The notes: generated by a model from the letters alone, not told the origin. Shown: positions 48,601 through 60,195, counted from the stretch's first letter. The stretch is DNA of 64,000 bases from Pelomyxa schiedti (GCA_020536535.1 JAHLWZ010000826.1:1-64000); one strand, 5' to 3'. Program-made: numbers and translations.

Positions 48601-49012
48601 GAGAAGCCCAGCGCTAATGGAGATGTTCAGGGAGAAAACCACCTGGGCACTCGGGGTTGAGGAGGACGCCAAGCGCCGGCAGGAGATATTGGACAACAAA
48701 CCCCACCAGTGCGCCCGCTGCGGAGTTACATACTGCGAGAAGGACAACAAGCAGCTCCCTGGCTCCTGCAGTTACCACCCCTGCGGAGTGTACGAGATAG
48801 TGCAAGGGCAGGATTCCCCCCGCTTGTGGCTCCGCGACCTTGTCGCCATCAGGAAAAGGCAGAACGAAATCGCACAGGACCCAGAGCTGTCCAAGAAGGT
48901 GCGGATGGAGTGGGGGTGCTGCCTGCAGGCTCCAGGGCAGAACGTTGGCTGTCGGGCCACACTTCACACAACCGCGCCATCTTGTGCTGTGGAGAAGTCA
49001 CCTTACTATTGA
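45611..49012 (+). CDS. Intronless AAA+ ATPase (intact D1, degenerate second AAA-like module) with C-terminal Cys/His zinc-binding motif
   Basis: Walker A GPPGTGKT, Walker B CIDEID, SRH IIGGTNRREAIDTAIQRRL; later VLVLDMDSL; C-terminal CARCG...CSYHP...WGCC...GC. Confidence 0.85.
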   Translation: MSELSAVWDLVSLNRELDPGSHLDVDSLYGLFAKNCTSFQCTKEQMKVCIESKTLEEAESKWREEHPEIPQPPAPPCSRTSTSATTSSPTAFTPTLSAVVPLHTVANHTVAIEVFHHSRVSHTYFSANPAEDTYLRRAVTTLISSGDQYTPREVDRYAPVQVVRGADLRGAFSFDPLEGLMEIFVRRSDGGSFSGFWRGRVADGRVTHTLKVVESDDPDIVPLHQPVIAEVPPSEQSEPTMLHPREPSKKKPRVQPQLPPRQKQSSDQTLTEWVDNCYALHRRPNAESAVRALEAAAIFTIEQLLAIPTTLLQSVPNLSRGDCAFLLEQRVMHQKMITRDSPYKDDDQCKEIVVQAKLHRVRRYLHYYSGGKAIDNLRLLDPDCVRRGIEQLEHTFKNPPVIAAVREFMDTFTCTSAPPIRGMLLYGPPGTGKTLIIEALSEMCGLVMVEPIMMAAELNRGIVGETEKLIHDIFCRALKLPYLPCLVCIDEIDSAVPKRDESGSGGGNQHAADKVAAILGLIGGGTDVANLYIIGGTNRREAIDTAIQRRLPKQIYVGYPDRLSRFQLLDKWLITSKFSELLRTEALSDRLEARPKFFSITLLELIADLTLNFSGAALRELCNALMRNFEGWALNTSPSFGRVSYDVSGDKHTIRQSGQFVAFMHHARDVSTTFNLKVGSVCLVDLLSTTTELTTETIRRQVWIAPQFVSKRVSPERRTPPPTTTAPTLTTTTQCGTSLVVKRTSTPSLTERRSWVEMTTGLIVVRPNEGLLFQCEVLKLEGAGTLLHKFIPLRPLCPDCKKYAVDWCVVEGRRWIREHVLRIGLEVFPAVNEEDDHMLEATYKKRKKLAERQDQTIITSKVDTISTEDILREVTALATLRGLCRVIYVELSSFILHSGANTESKYLEEFTILVKQAIAPGSRCVLVLDMDSLAGAQWSSSEGSFGSRTFSIGNRQLFDLAVSTFLNCRRRISAESNVVIPLAPDLQKGECWCVAVVRSPALMEMFREKTTWALGVEEDAKRRQEILDNKPHQCARCGVTYCEKDNKQLPGSCSYHPCGVYEIVQGQDSPRLWLRDLVAIRKRQNEIAQDPELSKKVRMEWGCCLQAPGQNVGCRATLHTTAPSCAVEKSPYY

Positions 49013-49169
49013 TACCTCAGATGCTCTCACAAGCGCCACTAAAGGAAAAACCCATCTCTCTTTCAGATAGGGGGAAAAAACCATGAAACAAAGATTTTTT
49101 CCCTTCACATAGTAACTCGTTTTGAGTTTCAAGAACAACAAAGCAATAACATTGTGCATAAAGAGATTG

Positions 49170-50849
49170 TTAAATGCTAGAAAGTACAAGCCTCTTAATG
49201 GATTGGGCCAAGGTATCTGCAATTTCCTGGAGGTGAGTGTATACCATGATCATAACTTGTAAGGAACCCGCGATGGTACCACACCACATGATCGGGTCGC
49301 GTGGTGTGAAGTTCTTCCCACCGGCAGTGAGTAAACTGGAGACACGGAAGAGGCTCCTTGGATTGTCTCCAGCTTCGTCGATCCCGAACTTGGTGCCGGC
49401 ATCTCCCATGCTGGAAATCTGTGAACATAAGTTTTGTGAGAAGCTTTTGATTTGTGTTGTTGATTGTGGGTGTGGGCGATTACCATCACGTTCAGAGATT
49501 TGGGGTTGAAGTCAACCATTGGGGTGTAGTCAGGCCCCAAAAATAGCTCACTTGAGTGCTGATGGATTGGGCCACCTGGAACGGATTGTGCTTGATGTGC
49601 CTGTGTCATCGCTGTGTGCCACTGGCGTGAGACTTCCCATAAACATGCGGTTTGCGCCTCTGTGGTGGATGAGGTTGGAACAGCGGGTTGGAATGGTGGT
49701 ATAATGATATGTGACACAGTAAATGAAAGCCCCATATCATCAGGTGGATGAAGGTTGACTGGGATACATCCAGTCACTGTGGGTGGGCATCCCAGTGCGA
49801 GGGTTTCCGCTGCCATCAAAAGGCATGTTACGGTGGTGGAATTCAGCTTGCAGGCCTGGATAAAAGGATTACAAAATACCATACGGGTCAGCCAACACAC
49901 CTTCAAAATTGCTGTCGTTTCAGCAACCGATAATTTGAATGCTGATTTAGTGTTTTTAACGATGGTACGATTGCGCTCAATAATCGGCAGATATTTCGCG
50001 TCAAAGGCATCCCAACTTTCAGGCTCCAAAAATGAGGAACCTCAAGTGGAAGGAAGTCAGTGTCCAATATGAATATTAACTTCTCTCTGCCGAGTCTCAC
50101 CAACGTGTCTGCATTCGTGAGGTTGTGGAATGGGGAGTGGTGCAAGTGTTTCACCATTCAGTGCTTGTAAAAGGTCTCTGCACAAATTTGCAAGTGAAAC
50201 TCCATCCTTGATCAAAAAAATCAAAAAGGGAATCAAAAAAGACAAAAGAAAACGCACGATGATGCTGTGAGAGAAGAGGAAATTCAAGAAAATGGCCTTG
50301 GAATCCCTGCAGGTGCTGACCACACACTTCCAAGTTCGTTGAAAGACCCAATCCTCACTTGAGTTTTTTTTAGTACGTAAATCTACTGGCACGAAACTAC
50401 TTTGCGTGAGCCATCAGTATTTGTTGGGCTTCAGAGGAAGACTCTAAATCACGGAAAGACAGAGGCAGCTCTTCATTTGAAATCGAAGGTGAAATCTTCA
50501 GGTATCTTGTTCCGCGTAAAATAATCTCGAGCACCACCAAGCAAATGGCCACAACAACAAAAAAAGAAGAAAAAGAACCTGTCAGAAGGAGGCCCAAACC
50601 GAGCCCGCAAAAACGGGTGCCGAACACAGAGACCCGAAAAAGCAGCGATTGCACGTTGTCGAATTTCAGATGTCGGTAACGCGGGGTCGCTCTTGCACTC
50701 CACCTCGATGAGGCACGACACCGTCCACAGTCCAAGACGATGTGGTATGAACTACAAAGTGCACGTGTAAGATCTCTACTAACGCATTAAAAGATTGTGA
50801 GGACCTCGGGTATCGACAGGCGGAACTCGACCACCTCGTGACTCGCCAT
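49170..50849 (-). CDS. CoA-dependent acyltransferase (condensation / alcohol acetyltransferase / PapA5-like fold), tandem copy A, multi-exon
   Basis: RHPFLRARF; catalytic-type FSHSII|DGVSLANLCRDLLQAL (HxxxDG split by an intron); ACKLNSTTVTCLLMAA; ATG GCG AGT CAC at 50849. Confidence 0.7.
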
Positions 50850-51053
50850 TTCCGAAACGTCAAAAAGAAAAACCTTGTTTCTTTGAAAGAGCAAAAAAAG
50901 AAAAGAAAAGAAAAAGGCCAACAGATCGGTTCTATTTATTGTGGGTGTGCTGGCTTTTGTTTGCTGCCGGCATGTGCCGTAGGATTCTGTTGGTTATGGG
51001 ATGCTAAAGAGACGAGGGTGTTTGCTAGTCACACGTGAGTGTGAGTCCCAAAT

Positions 51054-52741
51054 TTAGATGCTAGAAAGTACAAGCCTTTTAATGGATTGGGCCAAGGTAT
51101 CTGCAATTTCCTGGAGGTGAGTGTATACCAGGATAACAAACTGCAAAGAGCCCGCCAGCGTTCCACACCACATGATCGGGTCATGCGGTGTGAAGTCATT
51201 CCCACCAGCAGTGAGTAAACTGGAGACACGGAAGAGGCTCCTTGGATTGTCTCCAGCTTCGTCGATCCCGAACTTGGTGCCGGCATCTCCCATGCTGGAA
51301 ATCTGTGAACATAAGTTTTGTGTTCGGTGAGAAGGATTTGATTTGTGTTGTTTGTTGATTGTGGTTTGGGCAATTACCATCACATTCAGAGATTTGGGGT
51401 TGAAGTCAACCATCGGCGTGTAGTCGGGACCCAAAAATATCTCACTTGAGTGCTGATGGATTGGGCCACCTGGAACGGATTGCGCTTGATGTGCCTGTGT
51501 CATCGCTGTGTGCCACTGGCGTGAGAGTTCCCATAAACATGCGGTTTGCGCCTCTGTGGTGGATGAGGTTGGAACAGCGGGTTGGAATGGTGGTATAATG
51601 ATATATGACACAGTAAATGAAAGCCCCATGTCATCAGGTGGATGAAGGTTGAGTGGGATACATCCAGTCACTGTGGGTGGGCATCCCAGTGCGAGGGTTT
51701 CAGCTGCCATAAAAAGGCACGGTACGGTGGTGGAATTCAGCTTGCAGGCCTGAATGAAAGATTACAAAATGCGCGAGTCAGACAAAGCACCTTCAAAATT
51801 GCTATCGTTTCAGCAACAGAGAACCTGAAGGTTGATCTGGTGGCTTTAACGATGGTACGATTGCGCTCAATAATCGGCAGATATTTCGCGTCAAAGGCAT
51901 CCCAACTTTCAGGCTCCAAAAATGAGGAACCTCAAAATGGAAATCAGTGTCCAATTTCAATGTTTATCTTCTCTCTGCTGAGTCTCACCAACGTGTCTGC
52001 ATTCATGAGGTTGTGGAATGGGGAGTGGTGCAAGTGTTTCACCATTCAGTGCTTGTAAAAGGTCTCTGCACAAATTTGCAAGTGAAACGCCATCCTTGAT
52101 CAAAAAAATGAAAAAGGGAATCAAAAAAGACAAAAGAAAACGCACGATGATGCTGTGAGAGAAGAGGAAATTCAAGAAAATGGCCTTGGAATCCCTGCAG
52201 GTGCTGACCACACACTTCCAAGTTCGTTGAAAGACCCCACCCTCACTTGATTTTTTTTGTAAGTGCGTAATATCACAGGCAACACAAGGCTACTTTGCGT
52301 GAGCCATCAGTATTTGTTGGGCTTCAGAGGAAGACTCTAAATCACGGAAAGACAAGGGGAGCTCTTCATTTGAAATTGAAGGTGGAATCTTCAGGTATCT
52401 TGGTACCCGGGAATAAGCTCAAACACATATCACAAATGGTAAACAACAACAACAAAGAAGAACCTGTCAGAGGGAGGCCCAAACCGAGCCCGCAAAAACG
52501 GATGTCGAACACAGAGACCCGAAAAAGCAGCGATTACACGTCGCTGAATTTCGGATTTTGGTAACGCGGGGTCGCTCTTGCACTCCACCTCGATGAGGCA
52601 CGACACCGTCCACAGTCCAAGACGATGTGGTATGAACTACGAGAGAAAAAAAGAAGAAAAATCCAAGGTAAACGTAAGATAGTAATGAGTGCTGACCTCG
52701 GGTATCGACAGGCGGAACTCGACCACCTCGTGACTCGCCAT
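51054..52741 (-). CDS. CoA-dependent acyltransferase, tandem copy B
   Basis: Highly similar duplicate of 49170-50849 with the same exon motifs; introns are more diverged than exons. Confidence 0.7.
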
Positions 52742-53017
52742 TTCCGAAACGACAATTGGAAAAAAAAATGCAATTACGGCGTTTGATCTCCCGGAGATCA
52801 AGCAGAGACAATTCTGCAGAGGAGTGCACTTCAAAGTTGTGTCAGGAAGACCAGTGCTTCAAGACAAGTATCTTTAGAAAGAGCTTGAGACAGGGCGTGA
52901 TGACACACCGTTCTCTTAGATTAATCCGAATCCCTCACCCTGGCGCACTGGTGGAGTTGTATTTGATCGTATTCACCTAAGTAACCTTACTCAGACGTTA
53001 CGAGAGTTTAGTTTGAA

Positions 53018-55215
53018 ATGACTACGATACCCACCAAGGAAGGGAGGGTTGTGTTGTTTGGGCCTGGTGGCGTTGGAAAATCCACACTCATGGAATCGTG
53101 CGTTGTTGCGTGTTTGTCACAGTCTTCGTGTTTATTGCTCTCCGGGACTAGCTTTTGTTCTTATCTCTTTTCTTTTTTTGCAGGTACTGCAGTGGGCGAT
53201 GGTGTGAGTATCTTTACGAGGGTTCGCTGGAAGTTTCTGTGGGTCTCCCAGCCATTCGTGACGTTTCTTTTAATTCGTTTAATCACGATGGAGTAGTATA
53301 GAAAAGTGTTGGCTGTTGATACCGTTCAAGTGATCTTGGACTTTTGGGATAGGTAGGAGGTTACTTGTTATCAACATTGTGGGGAAAAAAAAAAGTGCAG
53401 GGCAAGAAGAATACTCTGCGATACGGCAGCTCTAGTAAGTAAATCAAAAGTGAGATCTTTATAATGCTCTTGGCAAACTCTCTTCAATCAGTCTCGATAG
53501 AGCAAATGTGATCCTTTTATGCTTTGCTCTAAATGATCGAAGTACCTTTGATGAAGCTTTGACACAATATTTACCTGAAATTAGGAAAGTAGCACAGGTA
53601 CTCAATAAGACTGGTTTCCCCATTCGTCTTCTAAGTTTCTTTTAGGTGGTAGTCATACTGGTTGGCCTCAAACTGGACCTTATAGACCCGGCAGCAACCA
53701 CCAGTGGCGTATGTACTTTACTTTGCATGGAACCTCTTACTCATTGAGATCTGCAGTCACCTCTAGGGACCTATGTATCATTTCAAGAGGGCACTTCTGC
53801 AGTCATAAAAAATGCGCTGTATGGCTATTTTCAATGCAGGTAGGTGTGTGGGTCTATCTTTTTCCGTAACATTATTACCAATCAAAATTTTAAGTTCAAA
53901 GCAGTATGTTGGTTTGGACAACCTCTTTGAGGAAGTATGCAGAGCTGGGATGTTTTCTGATGCAAAGTCTGTATCCAAGTCTACCATGGTAGCCAAGAAA
54001 TCTGGATTCTTCAGCTTTTTTTCCAAAAAATCGCATAACAAGCCAACACACTCTACAAAACCGTAAGTGTGCCGCCTCACAAGGGTCTTTTCCTCATTTT
54101 ATTCAGTGCTCACCATATCACGGTGGATATAGCAGCGGCAACTGCTGTGCAAAGCTCACTGAGTGTCATCCCGAACTGCATTTGGCTTCGTATGCAAAAC
54201 GCAGGCCAAAATGATTCTACCTCACCACTCAATAGTTGTAATGGAATACCTTGACTTTGTTGCACTAATCCGGGTCTCTCGAACATGCAAGCTATTATAC
54301 CACCTGGCCAAGACAGAGCCAATATGGACAAATGCATTCCGTGGAGTTTGGATTTACCCTGGTTGTGTTAAAGGATTGAGTTGGAAAAACACCACATTCA
54401 CGTGGGATCTAGCAAAGTGTTTCCAGAACTATGTTCCCCCTCCACCGAGACGCCGGCGTGTAAGTTTTAGCAAGATTGTCCAATTCTCAGATTGCGCAGT
54501 CCAGTTCAGATGACATTGTATGCTTTGGGCCAAATACGAGTATCTTGCTGTTCAACAACAAGTATTGTCCAATGAAAGACCTGACTGTTGGTGACCAAGT
54601 TCTTGCTTTCTATCCCACTGACGGAGATAATGGTGGCTTCTTATCTTCTACTATCGTTCATTGCATTTGGAAGTGTGCACTTTACAATACTATAAAATCT
54701 CACTCCGACTTAGATGTCCGGTGCGTAAACCAACTCCGATGATTGTTATTAGCAGCAAATCGGCGACACCGCCAACCACTGAGCCAATTCTTGAAATCAC
54801 ACCGGACCACCCTATCCTACTTCTGAACGGCCGCTTTTCGCGGCACTCTGTTGTATCACAAGCAACCAATAATCCCTACAAGTGGTGCCTGCCAACATCT
54901 GTTGGTGAACCGCAGATGGTTGATGTGGAGTATGTCTACAACCTGGCCCTGCAGCCACTCCCACTCCCACAGCAACAACAACACAAAACACCTTCACCAT
55001 GCATCAACAGCAGCCAGTCCAACTCACACCGGAACGGTGATGACACACAGAGCCGTGGGGGTGTGATAGTTGGTGGATGGTGTTGCTGCACACTTGGGAT
55101 GAGTGTTCCTGGATACCCTGACGACTGGTGGGGCACGGACCGGGTCATCCAGTGGCTAGAGTCCAGGCCCGACTTCCCAAATGTGCAATCACAGCCCCCG
55201 CACAACAAGAGCTAA
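53018..55215 (+). CDS. Spliced Rho-family GTPase + F-box + Hint (Vint-type) fusion protein
   Basis: G1 GPGGVGKS, G3 WDS|AGQEEY, G4 VGLKLD, G5 CS|SK. Introns 54063-54106 and 54190-54235 give SLSVIPNCIWL|LVMEYLDFVALIRVSRTCK...IW (F-box). Intron 54460-54490 leads to DDIV-CFGPNTSILL...DLTVGDQVL. Intron 54673-54713 leads to ITPDHPI, VYNLAL, GVIVGGWCCCTLG, DWWGTDRVIQWL. Confidence 0.75.
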
Positions 55216-55290
55216 AAAATAAAATAAAAATTGGTTGTTAAAGTAGCCAAGTTGGTAACGGTTTTGGTTTTTTTCTCTCAAAACAGACAC

Positions 55291-56930
55291 ATGGAAGAAC
55301 AGAGAAGGCGTGCGTCCCACGGCGGCACCAAACAAACACAAGAAACACGCGACGAGAAGGTTTTCCGCTCAGAGGGACGTTGCACACGGAAATGTTTTTG
55401 TTTTTTGAAGTACTTTCTTCTCTTTTGTGGCGCTCTGATCTTTTTTCTGGCGACTTTGCTTGTTACTTTGGAAGCATGCGTATATTTCCACCGAGGGTTT
55501 TCCAGGTAGGTTTCTCTTTTTCGTCACCAATTCAAATTTTAAGGTTGGAGATTCCTGCCCCTGTTAAATTTTCAGATGCCAGTGTGGTGCAAGGGAGAGA
55601 CTCCTCAATTTCAGTTCATACAGATTTCAATCTCCTCTCACTGCTTGTACCCAGCTCTGAGTACCACTGGACCTACGAAGATGAAGATTAATCGATTTTA
55701 TATATTATTCGCTGAAAAGTGATGGGTCTCCCGCGGGCACAACTGCGACCATCGAGTACGACAGTTGGTTCGGCACTGTGCAGGTCAGGTGCCATATGAC
55801 TGATGTTTCCTTCTCTCAGGGTTATGTAACACTGGTCCTTTCTTGTGCAGGGTCAGCGACAACTTACCAACGCAAAACTCACACAACCGGCGATGTTGAA
55901 GCAACCTTAGTTTGCACTACTGCCGTCAGCCTCACAAATGACTGGCGTATTGTTTGCAATCCCTCAGTGCAGGTGAGATGGACCCACCTGGAATATGGAG
56001 GTTATTTTCAAGAGCAGTTGGAAGCTTGGAAAAACTGGATCATAGAGCCCTGGCGAGTGAGCTTCTCTTTCAATCTCACATTTTACTCAGTCACACTGTT
56101 AGATCGAATCTTGGATTTCTGAGAAATTGTCCCAAGTTCCAATACGTGAGACGTTAAACCGGATGTGGCAACATCTCAATGATGCTATTCAGATAAGCAC
56201 TGTTGAGCTGTCAAACTTCAAAGCTGAAGATGTATGGCTGCAACTAAATCCGAACGCATTGTCGGTGTCACCACTCACATTCTCTGGAGTGTGGATGCAT
56301 GTTTCCATTGACCTTTCCTGCAAACCGGTCATTGCCCTTGGTTATAAGCCAGCCTCTAGCTCTCCTGTTACGGGGTGCCCAAGCTTCTCTTCCGTGATCT
56401 CTGACCGCGGAATTGATGCAGCACTGGCATTTCACCTTCCTTACACTGCATTACACATGGAAGCATCGAGGCTGCTGCCGTTTGTGATCGGACCCACTGG
56501 ATTTTATAGAGCAAAAATAACAGTGAAATCTGTGCAACTTTACTCTTCAGGGAGAATGATTGTTGCCGCAGTTGATGTTGATGCCAACAAAGTGAGCAAT
56601 GCCACTGGAGTACTTGATCTCTGGGGAGAACTACAATGGGACTCAGCCAACAGAAGGCTTTCTGTTACTGATGTTGACTTCCACCCAGAAACCAAGAAGT
56701 ACATCGAAGGAATGTTTGCATGCACTGACTGGTTGCTCCATGACAGCCGTCTCAAGGAATTTATTTCACGTGAACTCAATTGGAACCTCGGACTTCAACT
56801 TGAAAAACTGAGGGAGCATGTGTCAGAAAACCACAGATCCTCCAGCAATGCGGACTACAGTTTTGGTCTGCACAGTTTTGACGTACAGAGTGTTGTTGCA
56901 GATGACTCGGGGATGATCAAGTCACTCTGA
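55291..56930 (+). pseudogene. DUF4403-like copy 3, disrupted
   Basis: In-frame TAA at 55689-55691 plus a frame change before YYSLKSDGSP, with no GT donor to rescue it. C-terminus truncated (DSGMIKSL* versus DSGITLMGSITGQGSLSLKPLR*). Confidence 0.65.
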
Positions 56931-57240
56931 GACATAACTGGATAGGCTGTGATTTCGTCCAAAGTTGTTGAAATTAAAGAACATTTTCAAGCGGGCCGAA
57001 TCAAGATCAGTGAGTGTAGCGTTGGGTAGAATCGTTCATCTTAATCGCCTCGACATTGGCCTGAAAGGCTGAGAGTTTGTACCCCATCCTTGAACCATCA
57101 CTTCCGACACATTCAACATTGTGAAAACGAGGCGAACGCGGCCCAGTGGAAGAAAAAATTAATTATATTTGCCTCAAGTGCCATTCCATGTGAAAGCACA
57201 ACAAAATAAGTACACTTAGCACGGTGATCTTCAGTTGGAC

Positions 57241-58109
57241 TCAGAGCATCAAAGCAGCAGCAATTACGCTCCAAGACAACAGTGCAGAGACAAGGTGCAC
57301 GCCCAAAGGTGAAGCACCAGAGGTTTGCCCAGAGTTCCCTGGAATTGTGAAAGAGAACCCCGCTGGCTCCGTATACTTTGTCACAGAACCCTGGTACAAG
57401 CGGCTGCGAGGGGTTTCTACCTCGACCTCAATCACCGCGAGGAGCACATCTGCTGTAGAGTATGTTGTTTTGCTGACATCAATGGAGTATGTCACCATGA
57501 TGTTCATTTCGAAGTCAGAGGCAGTGGAAGCTTCTGAGGAGACCGAGGAGGATGACCCAGAGTAGGCAATGAGAACCTCTGCGGCAAGAATGACAATTGA
57601 AGACTGAGGGACACCAAACGCAGTGCTAATGTCAACAGTGAACACGGAAAAGAAGTTCCCATTTGTCCAGGTTGAATAAGCTGTAGATTATTATGTAAGT
57701 CATGATTCCCAGTTCAACAAGGGAGAAACTTACGCATATTTGACAAGGTGTGATTGAAGTACACAAGGTTGGTGGCAGAATTGTGCGTAGTTGAATCTCC
57801 AGTTGGGGTGTTGTAGTAGTAATAGTAGTAGTAGTAATAGTTGTTGTTATTGTTGTTATTGTTGTTGTTGTCATTGTTGTTGTTGTTATTGTTGTCATTG
57901 TTGTTGTTGTTATTGTTGTCGTTGTTGTTGTTGTTATTATTGTTGTTGTTATTGTTGTTCCCAGTGCAGGATGTTGTTGGCATCGAAGCCGTACTGGTGG
58001 AAGTTGTTGTGTTGGTTGTATTGGTGGTGTTGGTTGCAGAAACAAGGATTATCTCGGTGCTCAACACTGCACATAGAATGCATACGATACTGAAGGTTGT
58101 GGAGTTCAT
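57241..58109 (-). CDS. Putative GPI-anchored surface glycoprotein with poly-Asn and poly-Tyr tracts, 2 exons
   Basis: Signal-like MNSTTFSIVCILCAVLSTEIILVSA; NTT sequon repeats; N/D run then Y9. Splicing gtaagt...ctacag keeps the frame into ORF 57241-57645, which ends SGASPLGVHLVSALLSWSVIAAALML*. Confidence 0.7.
57812..57959 (-). repeat. Coding trinucleotide microsatellite (AAC/AAT/GAC)n grading into (TAC/TAT)n
   Basis: Read directly: ttg/tta/gtc repeats followed by gta/ata repeats on the + strand. Confidence 0.95.
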
Positions 58110-59164
58110 GTTGGTTGTGTTGGTTGCTTGTGGTTTTTTCTGTTTGTGAGCTTTTGGTTATTCAGGCCTGAATAAAAAGCCTCGTTCCCCAAAATTGGGT
58201 TTTCTCTGGTTCTGCGTTTTTCATAACAGAAATACATCGTGAGAGAAAACCAAAAAAATCTTTCGGTGGCAGAAACGACGGTGTTTCTTCGATGACATGA
58301 TCACCCACAAGAAAATCGATTCCTTGTTGTTGACAGCAGTTTGATTTCTCACATCAATCACCGTGTTCATAAGAATGTGCGCGGTGCACCACGATGGCTG
58401 TGTTTTGGAAACAGCCACTCACTGAGCTACAAGTCCATCAAAGTGCTACCACAGACGGTCGCAAAAATTAATCGGAGAGAAAGTGACTGAAAGACAATCC
58501 AAGAAACGACTTTACCACACGCACGCCATCAGCTTTCTCTCCTTGAGGATTTGTTTTCAAACCCTAACCTCTAGGTTCACCCTTAGCTGACCGAATGTGG
58601 GACGGGGTTGTAGAGACAAACCGCGGCGTAGGAATCTTCGGGTACGATTTAGCAAGTAGTTTGGCACTCGGGGATCACCAGCATTTCAATGCGCCTTTCT
58701 TCTATTGAAGCCTAGTAACTATAACTCCGTTGTACCAGGATGCCAAACTGCTCATGCTTTGCAAACGAGTAAAAGATGATTGCGGACCAGACAAGGTCCC
58801 AATCAGTGACATATAGGCAGGAAATATCATTGATGAATAACTGAATTTACTTTCGTCATCACACCTTGATACCTGTGAAATGACTTGGATGTTTTACATA
58901 CATTCTTCCACTTGAAGCACTTCCAAAACAGCACCAATAATATCAGACAAGATTTACCTCTATAACTGTAGCTCATTGGTGGCTTAACTCAGAGAATCAA
59001 TCAGGTCGGCTCTTCCAAATTGGAAAAAATCTGTTTTCTCATCAGATTTCATTTCCCTGGAAAAATTTGGAGGAAATTAATTCTGGTGGTATACCCTCTC
59101 TTTTTTTCGGAATGCGTTGTCACTCTTGCAATACAAGGCCATTCAGAGCTACTTCTCATCTGCC

Positions 59165-60195
59165 AAGGCTATGGAAATCTTCCCAGTGCTTCAAAATAAA
59201 ATACAGTTACAAAGTCATGTGTGAGTTTGTCAAACTCTTATTTGAAGTCTTGTCCAAATTTTATTGCTGTTCATACTATCAACTCCTTTGCTAAAAAGTA
59301 TCAGGCTCCTATTATTATTACTATCTCATAGGGTTTAACATATAAATTTAAGCAGATTTTAATTAGGCAACCTTAGCAACATCAGCTATTTTAAAGATAA
59401 CTCCAAAGCGGATTATTTTTTGGAAAAAACCACAAAAGCTTTTCCATTTGGAAGAAACATGACTCCACATTCTATTAGACACCCCCAATCAACAAATATG
59501 GAGAATAATCACACTACCTCTTCCCGTGACTCTGCTGGATAAACCATCTGTTACGATTACTCCGACTTGCGATCAAAGAGCTTTGGCAATACAAAGAAAG
59601 TCCAGAATATAGTGCAATGTGCATTGGATTCAATATCTCTTTCGGTGGCATAAGTGTGGATGATGAGCAACAAGAAAATTGGATTTCTCACATCTTTCAT
59701 CACCGTGAACAGAAGTATGGGGGAGTACAAGTACAGAAGGTCAATGTTTTTCTATTTTTCGGCTAAATACCGAATTGCTGATTTACATCTGCTCTAAGTG
59801 CTGTATTGCTATAGTTCCTTTCGGTATGATCTTCAAGACTATGAAGATCTTCCCAATGCTTCAAAATAAAATACAGCTACAAAGTCAAGTCGGCTCTTGT
59901 ATTTGTTAAAATCTTATTTGAGTTCTTGTCCAGATTTTATTGCTGTTCATATTTTCAACTTCTTTGCTACAAAGTATCAGGCTCCTACTAGTATTATTAT
60001 TACTATAGGGTTTAACATATACATTCAAGCAGCATTTTTATTAGGCGACTGATAACCTTTTCAGCTATTCTGAAGCTAACTCCAAAGCAGATTATTTTTG
60101 GATGTAATCCACAAAATCTTCTCCATGTGGAAGAGAAAGTCCAGAATATAGCATAATGCGCATTCTGTGCCACCATTTGGATTCAATATCTCTTT
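59165..60195. repeat. Two diverged direct copies of an AT-rich unit (~59165-59640 and ~59835-60195)
   Basis: Shared blocks gcttcaaaataaaatacag, ttttattgctgttcata, aagtatcaggctccta, atagggtttaacatata, aactccaaagc.gattatttt, agaaagtccagaatatag, tggattcaatatctcttt. Confidence 0.8.

Noticed and set aside
57632-58149. Alternative Thr-rich, Leu-rich and Cys-rich ORFs over the microsatellite; similar shadow ORFs over 7400-8300, 31600-32250, 39249-40292 and 44092-45570
   Set aside because: Frame and antisense shadows of repetitive or GC-rich coding sequence. For 57241-58109 only the Asn frame has a signal peptide and splices in frame.
58559-58567. AAACCCTAA telomere-like or telo-box motif (similar short motifs near 21620 and 32110)
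   Set aside because: Single 9-mer, expected by chance; no array.
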